NCBI GenBank assembly: GCA_002104905.1
Contig: MCFE01000087.1
Coordinates: 1-64,000 of the forward strand
From: Basidiobolus meristosporus CBS 931.73
Lineage: Eukaryota > Fungi > Basidiobolomycota
Length of the DNA: 64,000 bases
Direction: 5' to 3'
A program made the position numbers and the translations under genes. Shown in pieces: positions 13,077 through 25,093 of the stretch; positions within the stretch are counted from its first letter, which is position 1; every line of letters starts with the position of its first letter. The notes beneath the pieces are model-generated. The model did not search any database. It was not told where the DNA came from and was given only the letters and a program-made list of their open reading frames with translations.

Positions 13077-13147
13077 GCGCCGTTAGTACAGTGGTAGAAT
13101 TGAAGCTTCCCAAGCTTTAGCCCCGGGTTCGATTCCCGGACGGCGCA
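13077..13147 (+). tRNA. tRNA-Gly(CCC) copy 2
   Basis: Identical 71-nt sequence to copy 1. Confidence 0.95.
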
Positions 13148-13395
13148 TACCTCTGAACCATAATTTTTGAGAAACTCTAGGACCTCATACGGCCAAGATA
13201 AGGCTAGGCGCATGCACCATTAAATCTGTCATCATTTCATACAAGTTAGATCAGACCTCATATGACTAATGGACACGAACTGCCGGAAATCGGAAATCAT
13301 TCAACTAATGATTCACGGACGCATGCACCAACTTCGGCTCTTCGAAAATGATTTTATGCGGTTGATGCATATGATTAAAGAATTAATATTAGCTC

Positions 13396-13519
13396 TAACA
13401 CTCAACATTGTGAGTTTTAGGCTAAGGTTGCGGGGGTAGAGTTACAATAACAAAAATATCGGGAAACAGAAAAGGAAGATGTGCATGGGGTGAATGTGAA
13501 GAAATGCCCAAGAATCACG
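13396..13519 (-). mobile_element. Truncated LTR type G remnant
   Basis: Homologous to the tRNA-proximal end of LTR-G (12928-13065); ends AATCACG 11 bp before tRNA copy 3. Confidence 0.65.
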
Positions 13520-13530
13520 CGAATATAGAG

Positions 13531-13601
13531 GCGCCGTTAGTACAGTGGTAGAATTGAAGCTTCCCAAGCTTTAGCCCCGGGTTCGATTCCCGGACGGCGC
13601 A
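13531..13601 (+). tRNA. tRNA-Gly(CCC) copy 3
   Basis: Identical 71-nt sequence; T5 run downstream. Confidence 0.95.
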
Positions 13602-14661
13602 AAACCCCTTCATTTTTCACATTCTTATTCCTCAATTCTCTGTTACGCATTCCAATTTTGTGAAACTTTAGAGGTTACTGAGAGTGGGATCCTCGGCTTG
13701 AGGTGTCAATAAATCCTAGAAAAGTTATTCATCACATGTATATACCAACACTGTGTATTATATATATGTCTTTCCTGGCATGAGATGGCCATCTCCCTAA
13801 CTTCGATTTAACACCGCTGATCTCAAATCCATTAATTGCCAATATGATAATTGAAAGTTTGTTAATCCTGGTTAACTGTATTTCAACAAATCTAGTTTGC
13901 GTATTCATCCAGGCATCTTCGCACTTGGTTAGAGTTACAGAATTCTTAAGCTAAAGAACGGTTCACCTGAATGTCGAATGAAACGCTTCAGCTATAAACA
14001 CTGGACTCCCTTTGTGCATATATAGGTCTATATTTTCTGCTTACACTGATAGTGATTGTATTCTACATATATGGATCCACTTGCGAATATGAGAAAATAG
14101 GGAACGTTGGTGATTGCGAATTTATTGGTGCTTTTGGTCAAGGATTAAATTACTCAAAACTTTCTAAATCTTCTAAAGCTTGGAATATGCAATGCAGATT
14201 TGGAGTAATTAGAAAAGCATCAAAGTAATATTAGGAGTATCTTGATGAAGGGAAAACGAATGGTACGGCTGCATTGTTGGCATGATGAAGTTGTCTATGT
14301 CTGGAATTCGTCATTGACCAAGATTTGTGCATTTTATTCCACCAATTTTGTCTCAGAATAGGTAACTTGCACTTGACCTTCACTAATTCCAAGAATTAGC
14401 CAATATTTCATAAACGAAGTCTTAAGTAAATAACTCATAGCTTAGCAATAAGCGAAGTAGAATCTTGCGTTACATGAATGGTATAGGTGTAAACTGAATA
14501 TTTACAACAGTAAACTCGCAATGTGTGCCCAATTTTTGCAGTATAAAGGCCACGGTGAAAGTTGTCTGATATATGACAAATTTGGTTGAGTGCATATTTG
14601 TAATCCTTGGTCAGTGATTACCCATACATGTGGATGATTCCACTACAATAATAGTGCAGAT

Positions 14662-14731
14662 TTATCATTGGTAAGGCGGAGAAATTGAAGTTTCCCAAGT
14701 TTAAGGCCACACATGATTGCTGGATGGTAGA
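14662..14731 (+). pseudogene. Heavily decayed tRNA-Gly(CCC) relic
   Basis: AATTGAAGTTTCCCAAGTTT (about 14683-14702) aligns to AATTGAAGCTTCCCAAGCTT. Flanks are collinear with many transitions; acceptor and T arms are destroyed. Confidence 0.55.
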
Positions 14732-15337
14732 AGTTTTGCATTTCCCTATGAAGCATTGTTCCTTACTATGTAAGTGCTTGTTCGATCAAAACCTTGTACA
14801 AGTATATATACTACCTTTACACCCAACAGATCATCAAGTAAGAATAACATAATCTTCTTGCTCCTCAGTCAATCCAGTATCTCCAATACTGCCACAACAG
14901 GCCCAACGTCGCTGTCTGTCCAACATGGAAATGTAATCTAATTGTAGGAAAGAAAGACATGTAGCATGCATGTGAATATAATATAGTGAATTCATTCACT
15001 TTTAGATAGAAGTACATTCTTTAACTCAAGAAGTTTGTAATTGCAAAAAACAATCAAGAGTGAGAGGATCAATGCAGATAATGATAATCATCAGGTTAAC
15101 AGTTCTCATATTGGCAGCAATCCAGTTTGAGAGGTATGGTGTAAGATAAAATATCAGGGACATGACTATTGTATTTCCAAAAATATTACTGTATAAGGAG
15201 CATAATTTCAGATGGGTAAAGATTCTTCTAGTGTTGAAACATGTAGTGAATACGCATTCTAAAAATGAAGCCATGGGTATACAAATCATTACATCCTTGG
15301 AAAATTACCACAGTATTGGTTCAAAAAAGAAATGATT

Positions 15338-15408
15338 TGCGCCGTCCGGGAATCGAACCCGGGGCTAAAGCTTGGGAAGCTTCAATTCTACCACTGTACT
15401 AACGGCGC
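15338..15408 (-). tRNA. tRNA-Gly(CCC) copy 4
   Basis: Identical 71-nt sequence; T6 terminator. Confidence 0.95.
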
Positions 15409-16454
15409 CTCTGTATTGATTTTTAGTTCTCTGAAATAAACAATTAATATATGGCCAGGTTTGCGCGATGTTCCTTTCAGTGGAGATCATGAATATCACC
15501 AGTCCTATCCTATTGATAAAGATGATTTGAGGTTTGCTTTTCATTGCTAGCTGATTTTGGCTACTTCTACCTAGTAGGCTTTGTTCAATAATACTTGACC
15601 TCAGTTAAATTCCATATCACAGCAGCATTGATGTAAAATTTTCGAGATTTTTAAACGTATGAGCCAGCAAACATCCTAATATTGTACAAAATACTGTATC
15701 AACGCACAAACCAGACTTCTTGTAATCACACGTATTGTTTAATAAAGCTTCATATTTACTGCATGGACAACAGATAGTCATGATCAGAGTATGTACTCAT
15801 TAGAAAGGTTGACAGAGAGAAGGAATGCATTGACGTATTTCTATTCACTAGATGAGGCGAATTACAAACGAGGTTTGTTGAAATCCTGGTGAACATGAAT
15901 GTCGAGTAGCTTTACCAGCTGATGATACTGATATATTTGTATTCAGGAGAACAAAAGGCATTTATATATAGCTATTACTGATAAATCGACGTTCAAATTT
16001 ACTGCTATTTAAAGTTGGGTATTCAATCGTTTGGACGGTGTTTAGAATATGCGAGGAAAATTTGGCAAAGTTAGTATGAAGATGATATAATGAGATATAT
16101 TGGACAAAACAGACCCACTTCTTTTTTCTTGTTGTCAATCTTCCCCTTACCAACCTGGTATGCTAGATCAAGTTGTTACTCGACCTCGATATTTCACACT
16201 AGATTTCCGGAAACCCTAACGAGCATGCTATATGGGACCATTATCCATCCAAATAGGAAATCATGCTAAACCAAAAGGATTGACAAAAGTAGGCTGACAA
16301 ATAGTTGGAAATTGTCTAAAAACATGAAGACTTACTGATCCTGCAACATGATTCCTTCTATTGAAAATTCAGAAGCTCCTCTAAAAAATCAGAGTAATAT
16401 CGGAGAAACTGCATCGAGCTGAGGTTTGCCATCGAGGAAAGAAAAGGAAGACGT

Positions 16455-16525
16455 TGCGCCGTCCGGGAATCGAACCCGGGGCTAAAGCTTGGGAAGCTTC
16501 AATTCTACCACTGTACTAACGGCGC
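16455..16525 (-). tRNA. tRNA-Gly(CCC) copy 5
   Basis: Identical 71-nt sequence. Confidence 0.95.
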
Positions 16526-16535
16526 CTCTATATTT

Positions 16536-16856
16536 TGTTATAGAGTAAGGAGTCAGTCGATGTCAAGTGACATCAACGCGTACAAAGACGACTTAGCAGC
16601 CAGGGAAAAGCAAAACAAGACAAATCACCAGACTCACAATAAGGTATAAATACCAATCAAACAATCAAATAAAGGGAGAAGTTTGGTTAGAAGCAGGAAG
16701 AGCGGTAGAAACGAATATTATTTTGAATATATTTCTACTAGTCACCATCCTAAACTCTGAAGAGATATTCTTACACTACTCCATCGAATCTACGAGATAA
16801 CATACACGTTATCTAATTCCGTACTCTTTAAAGGCATTACTCTTCAGGTACGTAAC
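16536..16856 (+). mobile_element. LTR type A (about 320 bp)
   Basis: Starts TGTTATAGAGTAAGG 10 bp upstream of tRNA copy 5; collinear with 40155-40476. Confidence 0.85.
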
Positions 16857-17601
16857 GAATCGATTAACGACCACGATAGACCTTAACCAAAATATGATGA
16901 TTTCAAAACCGAATTTTACAGTGCATTAGGATGTAGCGCCTATATCTTTCAGTTTATGTAAAAGATAGTAGTTCTCACTATACGTAGTATAAATTGGTGC
17001 TCTGAGTGTGGCTCATAAGTAGCTGCAATAAGCAAGGAGCTACACCATTGCTATCTCTGTGTGAAGTTTTGTAGTAGCTTAGATACATAATTCTGGCATT
17101 TTTACACATGTTATAAACTATTTTGAATGGCAAGTTCTCTTCTGCATTAGTTGAAGGTTTAACGATATCCCAATACGGTGTAACAATGGTTGGAGCATGT
17201 TTTAACTGACTTGTAATCCACTTCATATTCACACTGTGGAAATCTAGCTGAGAACAAATCAATAAACCTGCTGGCCATTCATTGGTCGAGCTAAGGGCTA
17301 TGGAAGTTGTGGAGTAGATCATTGTTGATGGCTGATCATAGCCCCCAGAGTACATTGGTGTTACTAAAAGGAGATTTCCAATTTCCAAATAATGGCCGCT
17401 TAGTACCAGAACCCTCTATCACCAGTTTCAAATAGACAGCGTGAGCTAAGACTCATGAACCCAGGGTTTATAAATAGGATTCGGATTAATGTCAAGAAAC
17501 ACACAAAGATTCATAGTGCAAAGAAATATATGTATAACGATGAAAAAATTGACAAAAAACAACACAACAGGGTGTTGACTGGCTGTGGTAGCTTTGTATA
17601 A

Positions 17602-18791
17602 TTATTGAAAGGAGTTTTTCATCTCTCTCAACGCAGACATGACCTCGACAGGATTGGTAGAGCCTACGTGCTGCTGAATTGCTGGCTCACTGTCAAGTTT
17701 GTTAGAGAAGCTCTCCTCGCAAAGGCTCACTCGTGGATACTTACTGAACTCGCATGAATGGATTGAACATCAACTCCTCGCCAATTGTACTAGGAACTGT
17801 AATGAGGTTGGATTGACACCAGGTTATCTTGTTCTACAAAACGGATCAGAATCGTCGCATCAGCTTTGTTCGTCACTCGACTTACCAGCAGAGCTGCGTT
17901 GTTAGGTTCTATGGAGAGTGCGAACTGGTAAATCAGAAGCAAGGTTAAGATGGATAACAGATAATGGTCTGGATGTGCAAGCTCACTCTAAGATTTGCCC
18001 GTGTGTATTCGTGCCCACAGTACACCTTTGTCTCGGATGGTAGGGTAGCCAAAACATTGCACAATGAATTGTACATATCTTCAGCGGTCCCTTCGAAAAA
18101 CTTCCCACATCCAGCTATATTCGGTCTAGAGTAAGAAGATATTTGGCAAAGATGAACTGGTGGGCTCGGCACTAACCAACGAACAATGTATCGCCTGTAA
18201 ATACTGCCGTCTCGTTTCCATCTTGGATGAAGTATGATACGCTTCCCTTGGTATGCCCGACGGTGAGTAAACCCTTGACTGTTAAAGAGCCCACCTATAG
18301 TAGTACCGGTTAGTTTCGAGTTGAATCTACACATGTACATATATTTAAAAGTTGTATTGACCTGAAATTCTTCGTTACTCTTTACTACATAATTTATTTG
18401 AGGTATACGTGCATCAGCACCATATACCAATAGACCAGGTTTTATGGACAACAGTTCCACATTACCACCTGCATGATCCCTGTTCAAAGTGAAAAGACTT
18501 GTTACAAAACCTGCTATTGAATTTAGGCTGAGCTATTCCCCTTTACCAATGGTGGTGTGTTGTGAACACGCTTTTAATATTAACACCCGCTTGTGCTGCT
18601 GCTTGTAGAACTTTGGAGGGCTCGGCTGGATCTACAGCTATAGCTATTTACAAGAAAGGTCAAGTTGAAATGCAGAACAATAGGTCGAATTAATTGATAA
18701 GGATGGAGCGCGTCTTACCCTCGCCAGTTTTATCATCTATAACCAAATACGAATAGTTGTCTTCTAATACAGGAACAGCGATTACTCTCAT
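17602..18791 (-). CDS. GLO2: Hydroxyacylglutathione hydrolase (glyoxalase II), multi-exon
   Basis: [41 protein letters not shown], and [14 protein letters not shown] in a downstream exon. Confidence 0.92.
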
Positions 18792-19785
18792 TGTTGCGAC
18801 TAGGTGTGGATACGTTAAAGGATTTTCATTAATTCGTTGACATTTGTGGTGTGTCCAGGAGCGATTTACCTGACTTTGAAGAACGTCTATAATAAACAGG
18901 TAGACAACAATAAATAACAAGCAGGAAATTGAACGCGTTGCAAGCGATAAAAACCAATACGAGAGCTGGATAGTAGTGACTTCAGTTACCCAACGCTGTA
19001 GTATTAATTAGCGCAATCAACTACAAAATCGAGAAAATCATTCAACAATGGCTACGTTCTGGGAGTATATTATGGAAAATGGCGCTCGTAGAATGGGCTT
19101 TTATGGAATTCACGTGATAGATTGATAAAACAATGTAATCAGATTAGACAATTGGGGAGTTTTCGCAGCAAGTCCATATTCAAAAATTCCGAAACTATTG
19201 CAAATTAGTTAGCTTTAAGCTCACAATACGCTAGGGACCCAAACATTCCTTTACTAAAAATCGACATTATCTCCTCGCATCTTTCTATTTGGAGAACATG
19301 ATCACGAAGGTATTATCTTCGTAAACGATCGTTATCTGAGCATTTGTTTTGAGCATGGAAATATGAGCCGATGGGTTTAACCAACGAAAATGCCAAGAAT
19401 TGTTATGCTGGACATGCAGTGCCTTATGACGTGTTGATCAACATGAAGTCTGGAGCCTGGGATATGAAAATGCTACGAGATCCACCACTCAGACATCACA
19501 ATTGTTTGGTAAGCATTTGTGACACGAATTTGAAAGCAGTGAAAACACTTCATAATCAGTCGCACATGTCTATGCCAATACTGCGAATCTCCCTATTCAT
19601 GTGACCGTTACAATTTGCTCATAGCTTGCCCTGATTGGCGAAAGTCACATTTAATATGATGAGTGGTTTTGAGACAAGCCCAGCAGTATAAAGCCACAGC
19701 TCTGACGCCATCACTGTCATTTTAAACCTAGCAAACCTGCCCATACAACCTATTCCCTCTCCTTCCTCACTTGAGCTTCCAACTT

Positions 19786-20337
19786 ATGGGTAACTTATCT
19801 TCGGAGGGATGCACCATGTTGCTGATATTAATGGATTATTGCTTGCAGCATCCCCTGATCACCAGAAAAAGCTAGAGCAATTCCTCGCTAATCGCCCCGG
19901 AAGCAAGGAGTTGGTAGACAAGAATATCATTAGAGGTAACAATTCTGACTGAATCCAATCCGGGTTCCCTCGCTCACTACGCCTCATAGACCCGAATGTT
20001 GCACCCACCCTTCAAGCCGCCATGAAGGACCTTGAGCGAGCCAAAATTAATGATCAGTTAGGCCACAAGATCCAAAATAGACCAACGAAGGATGACTTGG
20101 TCCAACATAACATCCTCAAAGGTTTGTATTGATCCATTCCGAGTTGTTGGGTATCACCATCGCTGATACAGTTTCTTAGATTCCAAAGCTGCACCTTCAT
20201 TACAGGCCCAGGAAGTGAGATTGGCCAGAAGCCAGCTACAAGATACACTGGGAGATAAAATCAATCGTCGGCCTTCTGCCAATGAATTGCTGGAGCAACA
20301 CGTTTTGAACGAGGAGGATCTCGAGCGTCTTCAATAA
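19786..20337 (+). CDS. Small RPEL-repeat protein (multi-exon)
   Basis: Spliced product carries three RPEL-like units: LANRPGSKELVDKNII, IQNRPTKDDLVQHNIL, INRRPSANELLEQHVL. Confidence 0.85.
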
Positions 20338-20718
20338 TGATCGACTGTAGTATATATTTCTACCAAATGCACACTTGTTGTTAAATATGTCCCTGGTTTA
20401 TAAATAATAAATGTCAATGCTAGTCCTAAGATTCGATGTGTAAATCATAGAGGGGCATGCCGGGCGCATACAGAAAACATTGGTTCTTTAATAATATGCA
20501 TCAACCGCATAAAATCATTTTCGAAGAGCCGAAGTTGGTGCATGCGTCCGTGAATCATTATTTGAATGCTTTCCGATTTCCGGCAGTTCGTGTCCATTAG
20601 TCATATGAGGTCTGATCTAACTTGTATGAAATGATGACAGATTTAATGGTGCATGCGCCTAGCCTTATCTTGGCCGTATGAGGTCCTAGAGTTTCTCAAA
20701 AATTATGGTTCAGAGGTA

Positions 20719-20789
20719 TGCGCCGTCCGGGAATCGAACCCGGGGCTAAAGCTTGGGAAGCTTCAATTCTACCACTGTACTAACGGCGC
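20719..20789 (-). tRNA. tRNA-Gly(CCC) copy 6
   Basis: Identical 71-nt sequence. Confidence 0.95.
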
Positions 20790-20800
20790 CTCTATATTCG

Positions 20801-21297
20801 TGTAATTCTTGGGCATTTCTTGCCATTCATCCCATGCACATCTTCCTTTTCTCTTTCCCAATATTATGGTTACTCTTATGATCCTACCCTCGCAACCATA
20901 GCCTAAAACCCACACTTACTCACAATGTTGAGTGTTAAAGCCACATACACTCTTGCCTTTTGGTTCACGTGCACTCTTACGATTTCCTGCCTTTAACCCT
21001 TTCTTTTATCCCATCTGGTTGGCTATTTGCTCTGATTGTAGTCATGTTGTATTTGTTGTAGGTCAAGTTATTGCGCTCCTCCCCATCAACAGACACGAAG
21101 GCCTAGTTTGTGAGAGTACCGCACCCAACTCGATCCTTGAATCTTCAATTTATATACGGCCTAGTGCTTAATCGACGACTTCCTACACGGAACCATCCTC
21201 ACATAGGTGCTTTTAGATAAATTGTGAATAAAATGCGTTGTAAGGAATGGTTGGGATGGATGGGGCCAACATATACTCCATGCGAAATCCCATCACA
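20801..21297 (+). mobile_element. LTR-like element, type G (497 bp)
   Basis: TGTAAT...ATCACA; begins 11 bp upstream of tRNA copy 6; followed by tg-TGGGATCACCCATG. Confidence 0.65.
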
Positions 21298-21595
21298 TGT
21301 GGGATCACCCATGATTTCGGCGAAATTTGCTGATATCATGGAGTTATGGATAATATCCGATTTTTGATAAACAGATAGGCGTATGTTTTTCTCAGCATTA
21401 TGATGAAGTAACGCTTTATGGATTAAACTATTATAGGCTTCTCCACAATTTGCTGGCCGGCGTAACTGTTAAAACTGTAGACAACAGCCACTAGCTCTAA
21501 CATTGATATCCATCTGGCCCGATCAAGAATCAGATGGCTATAATAAGGGCAAGCCTCCTTACAAGAGAGGATGATACTATCAATTGGTATTTATT

Positions 21596-22022
21596 TCATT
21601 TTTTTTCTATAATAGTAAACGCCTCAATAGACTCCTTATGTGGCTCCAGACGAAGATACGTAATGTCGGTGCTCAGGTATAATTTATCCTCGCTCTCTCC
21701 ATGTTCGTTGACCGCTTTGAAAGCAAAAAATTCACCTCCAGTATGATCAACCTTAAAGTTATATTTCTTTCCCTCCGAATGCAGTATGGTCTTCTTTCCT
21801 TCCTTGGTGCACAGGAAGCCATCCTTAAACGAAAATACCGACTCCTCAGAGCTAGCGATATCTAATTCTCCATCGCTTTTGTATCCAATGTAATGGCCGT
21901 CGTGGTGGCGAATGAGTCCAGTTTTGGGAAGTGCTACAGATTCGATCAAAAGCAAAAGCTCGATTTAGTCTTTGTAGGAATATACACTATGTGTATGTAC
22001 ACTTACAAGTAGCAGAACTCAT
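21596..22022 (-). CDS. Small hypothetical protein (about 115 aa, probably 2 exons)
   Basis: ATG-AGT-TCT-GCT-ACT-T|gtaagt...ctgtag joins in frame to ORF 21596-21955; globular beta-rich composition. No family recognised. Confidence 0.55.
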
Positions 22023-22720
22023 CTAATCAGTGGGGGCGAATGGATATCTATCGTCTTGTATAATCTCCTGTTGTTGCTATCTATCGTCTTTTATAATCTC
22101 CTATCTTCTCTACTTACGTCAACTTCTGCCCATGACGAAGCATTTGTGATGTAAGTGAGAAATAGATTCTAGTGAAGGGTTAGGGTAAATCATAGCTATG
22201 TGGCTTATGTATTGATATGGGATGACGTAGGGAAACTTGGGCTGGGTAGATGGGGTCTTACTCGAAATATAAAGAGCTGACATTGGGAGATTTGCAATCT
22301 TTCACGTTCAGCTTTTCCCAGATTTCAATTGGAATATAATCTGATACCTATGCTACGCTATATAAATAGGTGGATCAAAGGCGTATCGCTTAGAGTCAGA
22401 AAAAATTCCTCGGCAACTACTATTTTGGGACTCCATGAGTGACTCTCACAACTGCTGGCCAGTTTGCCGCGATCATAGGTTGGATAGCATGGTTTGTTGG
22501 CAATTGTTACCTTCATTTCTGACATACAATATGGATCAATCATAACGGAGGAAACTCGGCTTGACGACATTCCCAAACCGAAAATGGAATTTTATCAACT
22601 GCTTAATTAATCTCTTATTTTAACTCACCACGCCAATGCTATCACATTATCTACCATGATTGGGGTTTCAGCTATATAAGAGAAGAACGGTTGAGGGATG
22701 TTTTTCACAGCATCGTCAGA

Positions 22721-25093
22721 ATGAAAAATTTACACTCAGTTACTTTCTTCTTACTAGTCATAGGAAACACTGCGTTAAGGAGTGCATCTGCTCCATTTCC
22801 AGGTAAGGGAGATTGGCTTTTCCTCCTCAAGAGTTTCGATCATAATCTGTACCTTGCAGGAACTAGCGATGTTGTCAACCCTTTGAGAACTGACTCAACT
22901 CTAAGTCAAACCGATTCATCTGATAAGACCGATACATCGTTTGACTCTACTGATCGCCAAACTTCCGAACCAACTTGGACTTCACGTACCTCAAAATCGG
23001 TCGTTGACTCAACAACCGATGTCCTCACTACCTCGTCCACATCTGAGAGACCTTCTCAAATTTCTACCACAGGCAACGAAACCCCTACCTCGACATCAAC
23101 AACTCAAGACCCAACAGACAAATCTCCCACTCCTTCAGCAACTGAAGAGCCAACCGCTACCACCTCAGATCCACCTACAAGTCGTATGACAACAGACACA
23201 CATTCGGTTTCTTCAGTAGACTCTACTACATCAGCTTCACCCACCAGCCAGGATCCAACAGATATTTCCACTCCCGCGACAACCATAGAGCCGACCTCTA
23301 CCACCTCAGACCCACCCACAACTCAGGTACCAACGGACCCTACTACCTCAGCTTCACCTACCAGTCAAGATCCAACAGATATTTCTACCCCTATCACGAC
23401 CGAAGAGCCGACCCCTACCACCTCAGACCCACCCACAACCCAGATGCCAACGGACCCTACTACCTCAGCCACACCCACTAGTCAAGATCCAACAGATATT
23501 TCCACTCCCGCAACAACCATAGAGCCGACCCCTACCACCTCAGACCCACCCACAACTCAGATGCCAACGGACCCTACTACCTCAGCTTCACCTACCAGTC
23601 AAGATCCAACAGATATTTCTACCCCTATTACGACTGAAGAGCCGACCTCTACCACCTCAGAACCACCCACAACTCAGATGCCAACGGACCCTACTACCCC
23701 GGCCTCGCCCACTAGTCAGGATCCAACAGATATTTCCACTCCCGCAACAACCATAGAGCCGACCCCTACCACCTCAGACCCACCCACAACTCAGATGCCA
23801 ACGGACCCTACTACCTCAGCTTCACCTACCAGTCAAGATCTAACAGATATTTCTACCCCTATTACGACTGAAGAGCCGACCTCTACCACCTCAGAACCAC
23901 CCACAACTCAGATGCCAACGGACCCTACTACCCCGGCCTCGCCCACTAGTCAGGATCCAACAGATATTTCCACTCCCGTAACAACCATAGAGCCGAACCC
24001 CACGACCTCAGGGCCGCCCACCACTCAGGTACCAACGGACCCTACTACCTCAGCTTCACCTACCAGTCAAGATCCAACAGATATTTCTACTCCTATCACG
24101 ACCGGAGAGCCGACCACTACCACCTCAGACCCACCCACAACTCAGATGCCAACGGACCCTACTACCCCGGCCTCGCCCACTAGTCAAGATCCAACAGATA
24201 TTTCCACTCCCGCAACAACCATAGAGCCGAATCCCACTACCTCAGGGCCGCCCACCACTCAGGTACCAACGGACCCTACTACCTCAGCCTCACCCACTAG
24301 CCAAGATCCGACAGATATTTCCACTCCCGCAACAACCATAGAGACGACCCCTAGTACCTCAGATCCACTCACCAGTCGCAGTCCAACAGTAATCTCCACA
24401 CCTTCAGTGACTGAGGAGCCAACTCCAACCACATCAGGCTCACCTACAACTGAGGTACCAACAAATACTCCATCAATTTCATCAATTATATCTATCACCC
24501 CAGATCCATCTATCACTCAGAGTCCTACAGAAATTACTGTTACTCCCTCAACAACACTAGAGCCTACACCCACTACATCGGTACCAACAGATACTTCAGA
24601 TATATCCACAAATCCGTCTACTACACTTGACTCATCTTCAACTCAAGAACCCTCACCAAGCCCCTCTGATACGTCTAAATCTGATATCTCAACAACTGAG
24701 GGCACAGAAACAGTCACATCCAATACTTCGATTTCAACAAACACACAGCCTTCAAGTACAACATCGCTAGAGCCGAGCACCTACTCTGCTTCATATACCA
24801 CGCCAACGTCAGAAACAAGTATAGAAACTAGTAATACTCCCACTAGCACGTTGGTCACCACCGCATTGAGTTCGTTTAGTGGAAGACCTGTGAGCACTCA
24901 ATCCGACGGACAGGTTGTGAATGAGGTTATCGTTACAGCCACCACGACCATTGATGGAGTACAAACGGTTGTATATTCAACCAGTAGAGTGACCGGGCGT
25001 CCATCTTTTCAACTAAATAGCGGCAATACTCACCATCTCTCACAAATCGCATTCACCATTTTTATTGTGGTTTCGATGTACTTTACCATTTAG
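22721..25093 (+). CDS. Secreted Ser/Thr/Pro-rich mucin-like protein, probable GPI anchor
   Basis: N-terminal signal-like segment, probable in-frame 57-nt intron 22803-22859, long T/S/P repeats, hydrophobic C-terminal tail IAFTIFIVVSMYFTI. Confidence 0.85.
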   Translation: MKNLHSVTFFLLVIGNTALRSASAPFPGKGDWLFLLKSFDHNLYLAGTSDVVNPLRTDSTLSQTDSSDKTDTSFDSTDRQTSEPTWTSRTSKSVVDSTTDVLTTSSTSERPSQISTTGNETPTSTSTTQDPTDKSPTPSATEEPTATTSDPPTSRMTTDTHSVSSVDSTTSASPTSQDPTDISTPATTIEPTSTTSDPPTTQVPTDPTTSASPTSQDPTDISTPITTEEPTPTTSDPPTTQMPTDPTTSATPTSQDPTDISTPATTIEPTPTTSDPPTTQMPTDPTTSASPTSQDPTDISTPITTEEPTSTTSEPPTTQMPTDPTTPASPTSQDPTDISTPATTIEPTPTTSDPPTTQMPTDPTTSASPTSQDLTDISTPITTEEPTSTTSEPPTTQMPTDPTTPASPTSQDPTDISTPVTTIEPNPTTSGPPTTQVPTDPTTSASPTSQDPTDISTPITTGEPTTTTSDPPTTQMPTDPTTPASPTSQDPTDISTPATTIEPNPTTSGPPTTQVPTDPTTSASPTSQDPTDISTPATTIETTPSTSDPLTSRSPTVISTPSVTEEPTPTTSGSPTTEVPTNTPSISSIISITPDPSITQSPTEITVTPSTTLEPTPTTSVPTDTSDISTNPSTTLDSSSTQEPSPSPSDTSKSDISTTEGTETVTSNTSISTNTQPSSTTSLEPSTYSASYTTPTSETSIETSNTPTSTLVTTALSSFSGRPVSTQSDGQVVNEVIVTATTTIDGVQTVVYSTSRVTGRPSFQLNSGNTHHLSQIAFTIFIVVSMYFTI
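23224..24393 (+). repeat. Coding minisatellite: 10 x 117 bp (39 aa)
   Basis: Unit TTSASPTSQDPTDISTPxTTxEP...PTDP recurs every 117 bp (e.g. 23341, 23458). Confidence 0.95.

Larger units (their letters stand above)
12544..13382. repeat. 839-bp unit (LTR-G + tRNA + 3' flank), inverted duplicate of 20484-21322
   Basis: Reverse-complement match read across the LTR, the tRNA and about 235 bp of downstream flank; only scattered substitutions. Confidence 0.9.
20484..21322. repeat. 839-bp unit, inverted duplicate of 12544-13382
   Basis: See the partner copy. Confidence 0.9.

Noticed and set aside
13077-13147. Suppressor or recoding tRNA
   Set aside because: Standard 7-nt anticodon loop TTCCCAA and Gly-type acceptor stem; reads GGG normally.
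22048-22105. Short imperfect direct repeat CTATCGTCTT(G/T)TATAATCTCCT
   Set aside because: Two copies only; an ordinary local duplication with no further structure.
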